Positions 8,501 through 20,500 of a stretch of 64,000 nt of DNA are shown here, piece after piece. The position numbers and the translations under genes are program-made. Every line of letters starts with the position of its first letter. Position 1 is the first letter of the stretch. This DNA is from an uncultured Planctomycetales bacterium (GTDB lineage Bacteria; Omnitrophota; Gorgyraeia; Zapsychrales; Fredricksoniimonadaceae). Location: the NCBI GenBank assembly GCA_964483535.1, contig CAZABZ010000001.1:8594-72593 (forward strand), written 5' to 3'. Below the pieces are notes generated by a model. The model searched no databases. It was not told the origin of the DNA and was given only the letters and a program-made list of their open reading frames with translations.

Positions 8501-11500
8501 CGTCATGATCCTCAACTGGGCCAATGCCGCCTCTACTGTAACCGTATCATTCGTCCACTGGGAAATCTGACGACGGACAAAGGACTGTCCCTTTTCCCGT
8601 TTCTCACTGAAATCCTTGGTTCCTGTCGTAGAGGATTTGAATGTCAGCACAGCCCCGGGGGTTTCTAAATTATACTGACGATGCAAGGCAATGTTCTCGC
8701 GAAGAGAACGCGCCGATTTAATCATGCGAATTCCTGCCCGACGAGTCAGGGCGATGAGTGAATAATCCCCCGGTAGATGCCTATGCCAGCGCATAATCCG
8801 CTCCAAAGGAAGCATATAAAATAACGGCGCCTCGAGCCGCGGCGCTACTTCCACTTCAATCCAACGGTGAATACTTTCATAACCTGGTTCCCATTTAAAG
8901 AAACTCCTTATTCTCCCAACCCAATACAACAAATAGCCAATAAAATAGGTGATCCCAAAAGTCAATGGCATTTTGGGAGAGACGAGCAGTAGTGGGGCCA
9001 CCACCGCCTGTTGGAGGCCAAGCAATCCCACCTTGCTGCGGCCAGGATCTTTACTCTCCAGAGGCTCAGAGAGAAGACAGTCTTTAAAGAGCTTCTTTTG
9101 TTCGTCGGTAAATTTAAAATCTCCGGCAATCGCATCCATAAGCCCGGATAGGTCTCCTCGGACAAGATGAGTACGCTCGGGGAAGGTAGCTTGAACCCAG
9201 CCCAGAAAAGCCTTAGTCCCGGCTTTCGTTTTCATCAACTTCCAGCCCATGAGGTCTTTCAGGGTGTATTTCTCTAAAATATCCTGATAAAATGTCGCGG
9301 CTTTAAAAACGGGATTAGGAATACGTTCACCCGGATGTGTACCATTAATCTTAAGTGGAATAAATACTGTCTGGTAAAGATGTGCCCAGAAGATGTATCG
9401 CTCTTTGTTATCAGACAAACTTCTCGAAAGGAAGATTCTCTTTAACACAGCGACACGATCAACTGCAACAGGTGCGTTAAGTTCGGCATAAATTAGGACC
9501 TTAACATAATCTTTCCATACCCTAAAAAGAAAGAAGGAATCATCAATGATATTTTTGGCCTGATTGAGAAAGGAGCCAGCTCCTTTCCCTGCTTCAAGGG
9601 ACTCGCGGGCTTGCGACAAAATACCAAAAAACGATTTTAAGTCAGGCTCGCCTTTGATATCCTCCATCTTGCGTATGCCAAATATACATCCGAGCGCACT
9701 ATCAACATGCCTGCCTCCCAAGCAAAGTTCAGTATCATTAAGAAGCCCCGCTAACTTGATATTTCTCCTTTTAATCTCTCCCCAAAGTTGTGTCAGTTTC
9801 TTATCTACAAGCTTGCCGGCAATAACAGCTGCGTTTCGACTACGCATGTCGGTGTACCATGCGGCCGTCCGCAATAGTCGACTGGCAGTAAACCAACCCT
9901 GTTTACCGCTCTGAATCGCCTCTGAGGCCTCATTTATAAGTCTCCAGGCAATACGTTTCTCTTTAACCTTTAGTAACTTTGGATCCCCCAGATAATCAAG
10001 AAGTTCCTCCAGAGATGCCTTCAATCCGGATGTATTTTCACCGTTTTGCTCTGAAAGTATCTTCTTAAGCTCTGAACTTACTTCCATGACCTTGCGGCGG
10101 TCCTTAAGCTCACTTTCGATGGCATCGCAAATACTACGAAAACGTTCCCACTTAACTCGATTAGCAAGGCGTCTGTTCCTTATGGTAATCTTGAGAGCGC
10201 TTTGTGGAAATTTCTCAGCAGTCTTTTTAATGGCTTGCGTGTGGGCTTGGGCCCTCGTCAATGGATTCTGGCGGTCCAGAAACAGACGGTTTTCGATAAG
10301 TCCGTGATAAGCATCTTCGCGGACCAAATTTTTACTGAGTTTATAAACAAGTTCGGAGGAATAATAAATTTCCAGCGTGGAATTTTTACCGCGGGTAAGC
10401 TTGTCCCAAATAAATCCTCTTGGCGGAGCGCGCGAAATCTGCTGGTTCAAAATGAACAGCCTCACCGGAACATCGACAATCTCTTCAAATATCTTCTGGT
10501 CAACATTAACTTCGTCAAACGCCTTCTGAATGATAAGTTTCTTGATGTCCTTCACGTTTTGCGTCGAAACATTCCCTGAACATCCCGGCCCGCCCTTTAA
10601 AGTATCCCTTGTATTGATTTTCGACCCAATCCTGATATCCACGAATAACTCATTGGAATCCTCTGAGGCCAGAATAGTGGCCGCTTGAACTAAATATGAG
10701 ATAAGGTCCTTCTCCAATGCCAAAACCGGGACCGCAGCCGGAACCAGATGGAGAAGTTGCCGGTTGAGGTGAAGAATATAATCCCTGGTTATTTCGTCAC
10801 GGCGTACAATAAGCCAGGATTCAAGCATCTCATCATAAGATGGCGGCACGCGGATTTCCATGGAGGCCATTGTGTCAAGAATTTTACTTATATGCTCATC
10901 CAACCCATACGATGCTTTTGCTTTTTTAAACGCTTTTAATATATATTGTTTTTCTTTTTGCGTCACAGGCTTATTGACTTCCGTCCAGGTCATGGTCTGT
11001 TTTTGCCTCAACTTTTCTTCCTGCGCCGGATGGGACGACTTGTCGGATACGGCCCTCGCCTTTGCCGGTTTAAAAATTATGGACCTTTGATATACTTCCT
11101 GAAGTCCAACAACGATTTGCATAAAACCAATCAGCTCCAAAATATACTTAAAGACTGCATGAGAAGCGGGAATATAAAACAGCGTGGAGAACAAAAACAC
11201 TGTCCCAACAAAAAAGCCCAATAACCCGTTATAGAAAAGTGTTATCGCGTTTACGCCATCCATGAGACCCGAATAAAGAATGTCCTTCAATGAAGCATGA
11301 GCTTTACGTCCCTGAAGCTTTGCCAACAAGAACATCATGGCCATATTAAACGCTGTGATCCCGGATATAGATAAAATAATCCGGACGACTTTATTTATCC
11401 GCACGTATTTCGGCAGGCCGGCCTGCGCCGCTGAAAAATGCATCGTCAATCCATAACGCGGAAAGACTTCCAAAATCTTCGACAACGCCGGGTGTTGCTC

Positions 11501-14500
11501 CACCGCCCTGACAAACTCCCTTTCCGGCCCCAACCTTCTGCCATGAAATCTCTTTACGCTGTAATAGGTGTGCCACGCCAGATTGGCCGCAAACATAGCT
11601 TCCAGCGACTGTATCCTATGCTCGGCATCATTGGCAGGAGCGTTACGTTTCTTCAAGTTCAAAGCGTTGAGCGCCACCTCAGACAGGTCCAGGTTAATGT
11701 CATTCTTTTTTATGAATGGATCGGTACACGCATCTTTAAAATCAGCGACATCAGGATAAAGGACATGCGCCTTGGCCTTAACCTTGGCGCCAATCTTCGA
11801 GTTTGACAACGCCTCATTGAGCCATTCCGCAGACAATTTAGTCGCATCCAGCGTGGCATCCACATAATCCGCCGGCGTATAGCTGTCAAAATCCTGGTTA
11901 CGCATGAAAAGGTCGTGGTCACGTGTATCGTCCCCCTGGAAAATACAGCTATATCCGTCCTTTATTTCCAACGTCCCCCGCAATGAAAACGGAATATTAT
12001 TTTTTACTTTATCAAATAACGAAAAGATATCAAAAATCACGGAGTCGCTGGAAACGGGATTAATCATAAAACCGGCACTCTTGTCTTCTTTCCATGCCTT
12101 AGACTTCACATAAGCCTCGATCTTCTTCCCGATACCCGCCGCCCCCCTTGTAAATTCGACAATTTCACTCTTCTTGTCAGGGTTAAACGAAATGTAATTA
12201 AAGCGTTTCTGCAAAATATCCTCTGTCCTTGCTTTGGGGTAAGGACTGTCCCACAACAGCAACATCTGGTAAATAACTTCCCGGGTGTACTTTTTGTGCT
12301 TGCGTAGAAGGTCCAATATCTCCCTCAATGTTTCCGGTATATCATTGGTTTTTTCAAAATAGTCATACCAGCGACAGATCATGGCGACTAACGCCTTATA
12401 TTCTACGGGGTCCCCTCCGCTGGTAATATCAATGCTCCCATCACGAGCACATTGCCATGGCCTTCCCTTGTTTTGCGGGTATTTCTTATTAAAAACATCC
12501 TCTGGCAAATCATGGATCACTTGCTCGTGTTTGATATTGACAACACGGAAAAGTTTCCTGAATTCTGCGACCAGGCCGTCAAAATACGGACTGGTAATAT
12601 TTGCCCCCCTCAGATAGGCCTGCAAAAATTCCCCATCTTTATTGATGTCGTTATAATGTGTTTCCTTGATGATCGCGATCGTCATGATAATATCCAAAAT
12701 CTCCCGGCCTGTAGGTTTGGTCCCCCTATCTTCTAAAAATTTCAAACGTTCCAATTTTTGTGAAATACCTACTTCGGTCCCGACTTGGCGGCAGCCCCTG
12801 TTACGAGTAAGAATATGGAAAAAACGTTGCGCGTACAGCCGCGCCAGGCAAGGATCCAGAAACTCGAGGAGTTCCTGCGGAACAAGGCTGCGATCAAACG
12901 CCTTTTCTACAATAAAATAAGTGTCTTCAATCAACGCGCCGGCGGCCGCCAATTTTTTATGCGCGATCGACCTTGGATTATCTAATAAATATCGAAGCGC
13001 CAGACGATAAAAAATGACCGCCCTCATCGATGAGAAATATTGTTCGGCATTACCTTCTAAATAACGCTTCAAATTGATCTCCAGCACATTCGCGAAACGG
13101 TACCCGTAATGAACGGCCCAGTTATCATCATAAACAAATGTCGCTTTAAACGAAAACAGACTGTCTGATCGGTTCTGTGGCAACGCCGGGACCACCTGGT
13201 ACCTCAAACAAATATTCACATTCCGTCCAACCCATAAAATCCGGATCATCGTGTTATAAAATTCTTCTTTCAGGGCTTGATCTTCCACGGATTTTTCGTG
13301 CCATTTCTCCCACAGGGCATCAATGACTTGCTCCATCCCTTTCCCCTGTATCCACTGTATCCACCCTATTGGAAGATCCTCCTCTTTTCGCGGCGGAAAT
13401 AAACATACACTGACCGCTTTAGAGAACTCTTCCTTTGATTTAAAAAGATAACCAAAGCTATCTTCCTGGGGCGTAAAATATCTTTCAAAACAACGCTTGA
13501 CGCGGTCTTCTAATTTCTTCCTCTCGCTTTTATTTATTTGCCCGACCAAATACCAGGCCGGGATCTTTTCAGGCTCTTTTTTCGGCGATATAACGCAAGC
13601 TTTGTCTGCGGCGGCTTTATCTTTCACTGCCGAAGATTTTCCATTTGCCAACGAGCCAAACTTCTTTTGCCAGCTGCGGACAAAAATGGCAGCTATCAAG
13701 CTGACGCCAACTAAAACCATGGTCCACTTGAGCATCCCCCCAAGCCACATAGACGCGATGCTCACCGCATTGATCGCCAACAATGCCGGCATTGCACACA
13801 AACCTTTCGCATCATTCGTGAAGTCCACTAACTGACGAAAGATGTTGACACTGTTCGGCGCGTCTTTCCCTTCAATGGGACAAGAGCGGTCATGAAGAAC
13901 GTCCATCTGAATGCGGGCCCCTGCCTCGATCGTCTCATCCTCTTTTTGCATCTCGCTTAACTGTGCCAGCCTGTCAGACCCTTCAAACTCGGCTAACAAA
14001 CCAGCCAAAGGCGCATTCTTATTTTCAATGAAACCTCTGACGTGTCTGTCCAAAAGACGCGACATGGCTGAAGGATATCTTCCCTGCCAGTACGCGCGTG
14101 TAAAAAGACCTTTGAGTTGCGATGGGTTAAACGCCTGGCCATTATGAATAAATACCGTGCGTATCCCCCGATCAAAGCCATAAAGTTCCACCCCAAAATC
14201 ACCATGCACAAACTTTTCGGTCTCTATCGAAGCACGCTTCTGTAAAGCCTTAAACATTCTGCTAACCCAGAACACGATAACCTCATGAAGCATCTCCCGT
14301 GTTTCCTTCTGTTGTGGGCAAATGCTTTCTAACGCTTCCGGTAAAGAACGGCTGCTGAAATCGTCCACCCATTTCTCAAACTGTTCTTCAAGGCTCCCCC
14401 CGAAAATCTTTTCCGAAAAGCGTTCTTTCAAGAACCAATCCTCTCCACGCAAGTCAATAAAAGCATGTATGAAATCCTTCGTCCGCTCATCATATGCCGC

Positions 14501-17500
14501 ATAACTCGGCACCAAAGATAAACCATAAAAAATCATCTGGATATCTGATTCGACTGGATCTTTGAACCCACGCGTACGGTCCTCAAAACGTACAGCCGTC
14601 CTGTCCGCGTCATCATGAAGACGGTAACGAAGATCGGAGAAATCCAAGAATGCTTCCGCATTGGTGTATTTGCCCTCAAAAATGTAAATAACATCTTTTT
14701 CAAAAACAATCGGAATATCTTGTCTTTCCGTCTGTCCACGGATATAAGCATTTTTGATCACATACTCCTGACGTTTGGAACCGGAGGCGCGAAATGCGTG
14801 TAAGTTCCTTAAAAGATCTAGGGCCAAAGTAAAATCAAAAAAGCCCTCTTCTCCCAGATACTCCTGACCTGGCTTAAGATTGCCGACCATGTCACCTAAA
14901 AGCGCTCTTTCCTGTGGGGTCAAAACCAACGGTCCGTTGGCCGGGTCATGGGCTACAACTTTCTGCACAGCTTCCCGCCACTGGCGGTCTCTAAGGAACC
15001 AGTCCAGCTCAATGATCTTCACACGTGCGGTATCCGCTAGAAACTTCTCAATGAGTTTGGCAATGATCGTCTTCCCTGAACCTGAACCGCCGTCAATGGT
15101 GACAATAGGAGCATTACCTTCAACCCCGCGGGCAAGACGTTCACGGATATGTCTTACGATCGAAATGACAAACGGTGTCATACATGACTGAAGATAGTCA
15201 AGGGAAGTAGCAAATATCGGGTTGCCTGTCTTGGGATCTATCGGAGGATGATTATAATAACCGTGAGCTAAAGCAAACTCATGAGCAGGCAAAGGAATAA
15301 CCGCCGGGTCCTGTCCGTAACGATAACGTGTCGAAGAAATCGACAAATCGATCTGTGGATGTTTCAACAACAGTACCGGCAAATCCATTTGCCCGCCATA
15401 AAGGGCCTTGCCCTGTTGATTATACAACTCCATTCTTTCCTGCGTTATGCCCAGGCCAAACTTGCCGCGTTGTATCCAGCCAATACTAATACGATGCCGC
15501 GGATCTATCCTGTCTTCGTTTTTCTTTAAAATACTGTAAAACAGCTCGTAATAGTGAACGACCCGCTTTTCGTTCTCGATCCCAAGCAAATACACGAAAT
15601 GGACCCGTCGGCCACGGTTATAATCCATCAATTGCAGCATCTCTTCAAATCCTTCTCGCTCATTATCCGGCTCACTGCCAAAATCAGTATAACGTACCAG
15701 AGGCCCCATCCCGTCGATGGACAATTTGGTCATCATATGTCGATGTTCGGTGGAAACCTTCTCTGAGCGATAAACCTTCTTGTAACTGATACGACCCTGC
15801 ACCCTGATGGCCACAAAATCAAGTCCGAGTAAAGCAATAGCAAATAACGACGGTATCAAATGCCCATGGTTGGGAGGATTGCCGGCAATTGGCATAAGCC
15901 CTATCTTGATTTCCTGATCAGGATCGGCATCCTCCAGCGCCACCGGCCCATCATCCTCGATAGAATATCTTAATAATTTCGCGCGCTTAAACGGATTTGT
16001 GACCTTGCGACGAACATTTTCTTCAATCATCCCGAACACAGTCTCATAAGCTCTGAGGATCCTACTATTGAGGAACTTGTTGCTGCGATCACGGATCTGC
16101 GGGTCCGCTTTAATTTGCTGGTCAACAACATTGGCCAGCACTCCTTGCACGGCCTTAATCGCTGTAACATGGCGGGTTGCGGGATCCTGACCACGTTTGC
16201 CTTCAAGCCACCGGCGCAAAATAACTTCACGGGCAGAATTCTGCTCTTCAGTGAGATTAAATTCTTTACCGTGTGTGGCTAAGGCGCGAATTTCATGTCC
16301 AAGACTTAACGCTGTTTCAAGGCGGGTGCTATAAGCGGGATAATAGGTGCTGGCCCAAAGGTATTCCAGGCCATCTTCGATAGTAGACGTGGCCAAGAAC
16401 CCTTTAAAAGGCGCGCCTTTTAACAGGCCTGCCCTTCCCATCCAACGCAGTTTGGCCGCAGCCTGGCTGTCGCCAGTTTCTTCAAGGCCGCGGGCCATCA
16501 GTTCCCACATCTCCTCGGGGATGTCCGTCACCTTGCTCCGATCTAACTGTGTGAACTCATCCGCCACGATCTTCTCATAAGGAATGTCCCTCATTTCTAA
16601 AGGCATAATGGCCTCGGGCAGACGGCGGGTGGGGTCTTTTTTGCTTGAGGATGGCAAATTGTCTTTGGTCTGACATTGTGTCAGAAAATCATGAAGGAAA
16701 TGTTTCTTAAAACTCGCAACATACGCCAACTTTCTCTCTGCATCTGTAAGTTTATTCGCTTTGGCATATCTCTTGGATTCTTTCACAACCAATTGATAAA
16801 GCTCTTGCAATCCTTGAATGGTATATTCCGATTTTATCCTTCCATCAGCATTTAAATATTTAGCTAAGAATTTCTTCCTTTCAGTAGGGATATGATAACC
16901 ATAGCTTGCAGTTGTCATAATTCCGTCTTCTTCCAACACATCACCGTCAGAAACAAACAATGCGTTCTTGTCCCCATCAATAACAACTTTTGATCCTTCC
17001 TTAAGTTTCAGGCCGTCTTTCAAAACAATTCCCTGCCCCGCTCCTGTTAATTGCCACTTAGCAACAGCAAGATTAATTAAAGAAGGAATGCCATCCAGAC
17101 GAGTCAAGTCAGCTTCATGAGAAGAACTATTGCCATAAGTCGTAATCAGGCCTGCTTTGGGATAATCAAACATCACCTCTAAGACCTGCTCTTGATTGCC
17201 TTCGTGCGCAAGAAAAATAACCGGCTTGTTTTCACTCATCAGCTTACGGGCTTTATTAATATTCCAAACAAGATATCCTTGCATAGCCCCGGAGGTTGAA
17301 GCTTCGCCTTGAGCAAGCCTCTTGGCCTTAACGCCTTTTTTAACTTTATATATTCTTCTCACTCCTAATTTATCTTGTAGTTTTTCAATCCGTGGAATGG
17401 CGCGGGCCTCTGAAATCTTACCTTGAGCTAATTGCTCTTTGATATAGGCGATTTCCGCTTGTGGAGCAAAATTTATGTTTCGAGTTTGCAAGAAATAAAT

Positions 17501-20500
17501 CTTCCCGCCATTCACAACAAACTCAACTTCCTGTGGGCCGACTGCTTCCTCTAACTTTTTGCGTACCGCAAGAAGTTGGCGATAAATACGCGGTGCTGTC
17601 TGCGCCAATTTATTAATATCCTGCCCCTTCCGTCCGCCAGTCATCAATTCCTCACCTTTGGCATTTTCAAGATACTGTCCAAATAAAACTTTTTCATTCG
17701 TATTGGGATTACGGGTTGAAAAAACTCCCACGGCATAAAAAGGCCGTGAAGGACCTTTCCCGCTTATCCACAACTGAATAATAATTGGCAGGTCATACGC
17801 CTCCCCCAAACCTTCTCTGCGACGGTAATCTTTAGCCTTCTCTGAATACCATGCTTGCGCAACTTCACGAATAGCGACTAAAAGATCATTTGTGTTGATT
17901 ATGGTTTTAAGAACGCCGGGCATTGATCTCTTGGGATTACTGCGAACCGAATAAGAAACTGATAAATCATCGGACACTCCCGCTTTATGTAATTCTTTAA
18001 AAATCAAAGCCATAAAATCTTCTGCCTTTATTTGGGAAGACTCTATGATAATTTTCACCAAATCTTCAGAAAGAACTATGCCCGATGGATATGGAAGCCC
18101 CAGCTGATCAAGGATTAAAAATCCCGCTTCCTTATTACCCATCTGAGGCCTATAACATCCTTTGCCTAACAGCCTTACACCAAGTTTCACTCTATTGGCA
18201 GCCAATTGTTCTGCTGAAAATATATGCGATTTTTTAGGAAATGAAATGGCCCGCACTAATCTATCTCTCGCTGCTAAATAAAGAGCAATGAAATCCTTAT
18301 ACTCGGCAGGGACCGAAAGACGCAAGCTGTAATCACCATACCCCCAGTGCTTTAATGCGCTCCTCTCGGGATGGGATTCTGATTTCTCCTCCATATAGGC
18401 CTGCGAAAGGTGAAAATATTGCTTTAAAACATCCAGCATGGGGTCTTGATCAATCCGTCTTTTAATGTTAAGCAACACGCGAGACTCTTCAAAGGTATCG
18501 AATTTATATATCGTATATTTTAAAAGGAAAGTTACAAACTTTGAATTCTTCTGAGAAGGGCCTAAGTAACGAGGCTCAGCATTGTCGCCTCTAAGAATCC
18601 TATCGACTCTATTTTCGAATCTCTGATATAAATCGTACAATTTTTCTGAATCAAGTCTTGGATTAATTTTTTGTGCCGCACGAAAAACAGAAGATAGCCG
18701 CTTCTCCGCCATTACTTTTTCTGGAGTCAATAATTGAGTATTGGCTGTGCCCTCAGCCGAGGTTGAATCCTTGATTATGTCCTGATAACGCTTGACCTGC
18801 GCAATAAAATCTTCAATAGTTCTTGCATTAAACCCGACAGCGGCAACTATTCCTTCCGGCATAGCCAGCACACCAGCCACCTTCGTTTCAAAAATCCCAG
18901 CCGCGCCGATAATGATAAGTGACTGATTCTCCCTGCGAATATCCATAAGTGAACTATTCTCTTCTGCCAACTTTGCCTGGACATCAGACCACTTCTTAAG
19001 AACCACTCCATCAACACCGAGTTTGACCGCTGCGTTGATGGTTTCAATGAACGACGGCTGGACGTCCGTTCCAATCTCAGCAAAGATAATTAGGGCCGGA
19101 TACTCAACACGAATCTTAACTATCTCATCGGCCGTTGGGACAAAGTCGATCATAGTGATAAAGCTAGCTCCTGCCATGGCCCCTTCGTAGATCTGGGCAA
19201 CGTTGGTCGCAAAATAACCGATAACAGCTGATGAGTTCTTCGTGCGAACGGCCTTTAGTACATCGATTATATCAACCGTTGGAATAAAATTATTGGCAAT
19301 CAAAATCTCTGCAAACTGTACTAATGTAGCTGCCTCCAGCCCCGCATAGCCCTTGCCGCCGGTGACGGTGTGCAGGCCGACTTCAATACGGGAAGCCATG
19401 ATAACAGCCTTGATATCATCTTTGGCTATAGCCCCCTCCTCTGGGACAACCTCATTCCCAACGGCCATCTGCATCAGCTTTCTCATCTGCACCCCAACAT
19501 CCCCAGAATCTCTGTGATCGAAATTCTTAATAGTTGCAACAGCCGCTGCATTATCAGACAACACCGGCGCAGAGATCGTGCGAGCATCGTTGACGATCCT
19601 CATAAATTCCTGATCCCCGTTGTCCTTCATGGCGAGGAAAAGAGGAGGAATATAAATAATGCTCGCGAGATTTCGTCCTTCGGGATTCCAATCGCCGGAG
19701 ACATTGCCTTCCCTTAACCCTGCGATAATTGGTTCACACCCTTTAACATGCTGTTGCGCATCCGCGCTGCTGCCTAAAAGAAGGACATCTTTCAGCCCGC
19801 GCTTTAACGCAATAGCGGCTAATTCCTTCAGCGCAACTTCCCCAGCTAAAGTAATAAATACAACTTTGCCATCTACGTCCTTGCCTATTATAGAGAAGGA
19901 CGCCTTTTTGGTTTGGATTTCCCAAGCTACGGCATTAGGTTCAAGGGCCGGGAATTTATACTCGATGGTGTCTGATACATCTTCACCCTTATTGTTAATG
20001 ACCACAACCCCGCCAACAGCAAAACGGATCTTTGAAATATCGCTGTCCCTGACTGGTTTGCTGTCCTCAATATCTACTTTTATAATGCCTGCGGTTGGGC
20101 CATCAATAACAAAGAAATAATAGGTATTAGTCAGAGAAACTACTTTATCAAGCCCGATACCGGGAGCTGTCTTAATAATCAATTTGCCGTTTTGAATAAA
20201 CATGGTCTGAGCTTCCCAGAAATTACCCTGATGACCATTGATAGCAAAAATGGCACCGGTTTTCTTGGCGAAGGCCTTTACAGACAAACCCGGGAACCGT
20301 CTAAATATTTTATTGCGCTCTTTGGCGATTTTAATCGTCTGGGCAAATCGGGCGAAGTCGTATCTTATGCCTTTCTTGCTGGTATATAATTTAACTACAT
20401 TCCCAGAAGGAATAACAACTTCACGGGCCCAAATAGCGCCTTCTTTAGACTGGGTGGTAAAGGTTGTAACATTTAATCCTTCTACGGCTTTAGTGCCAAT

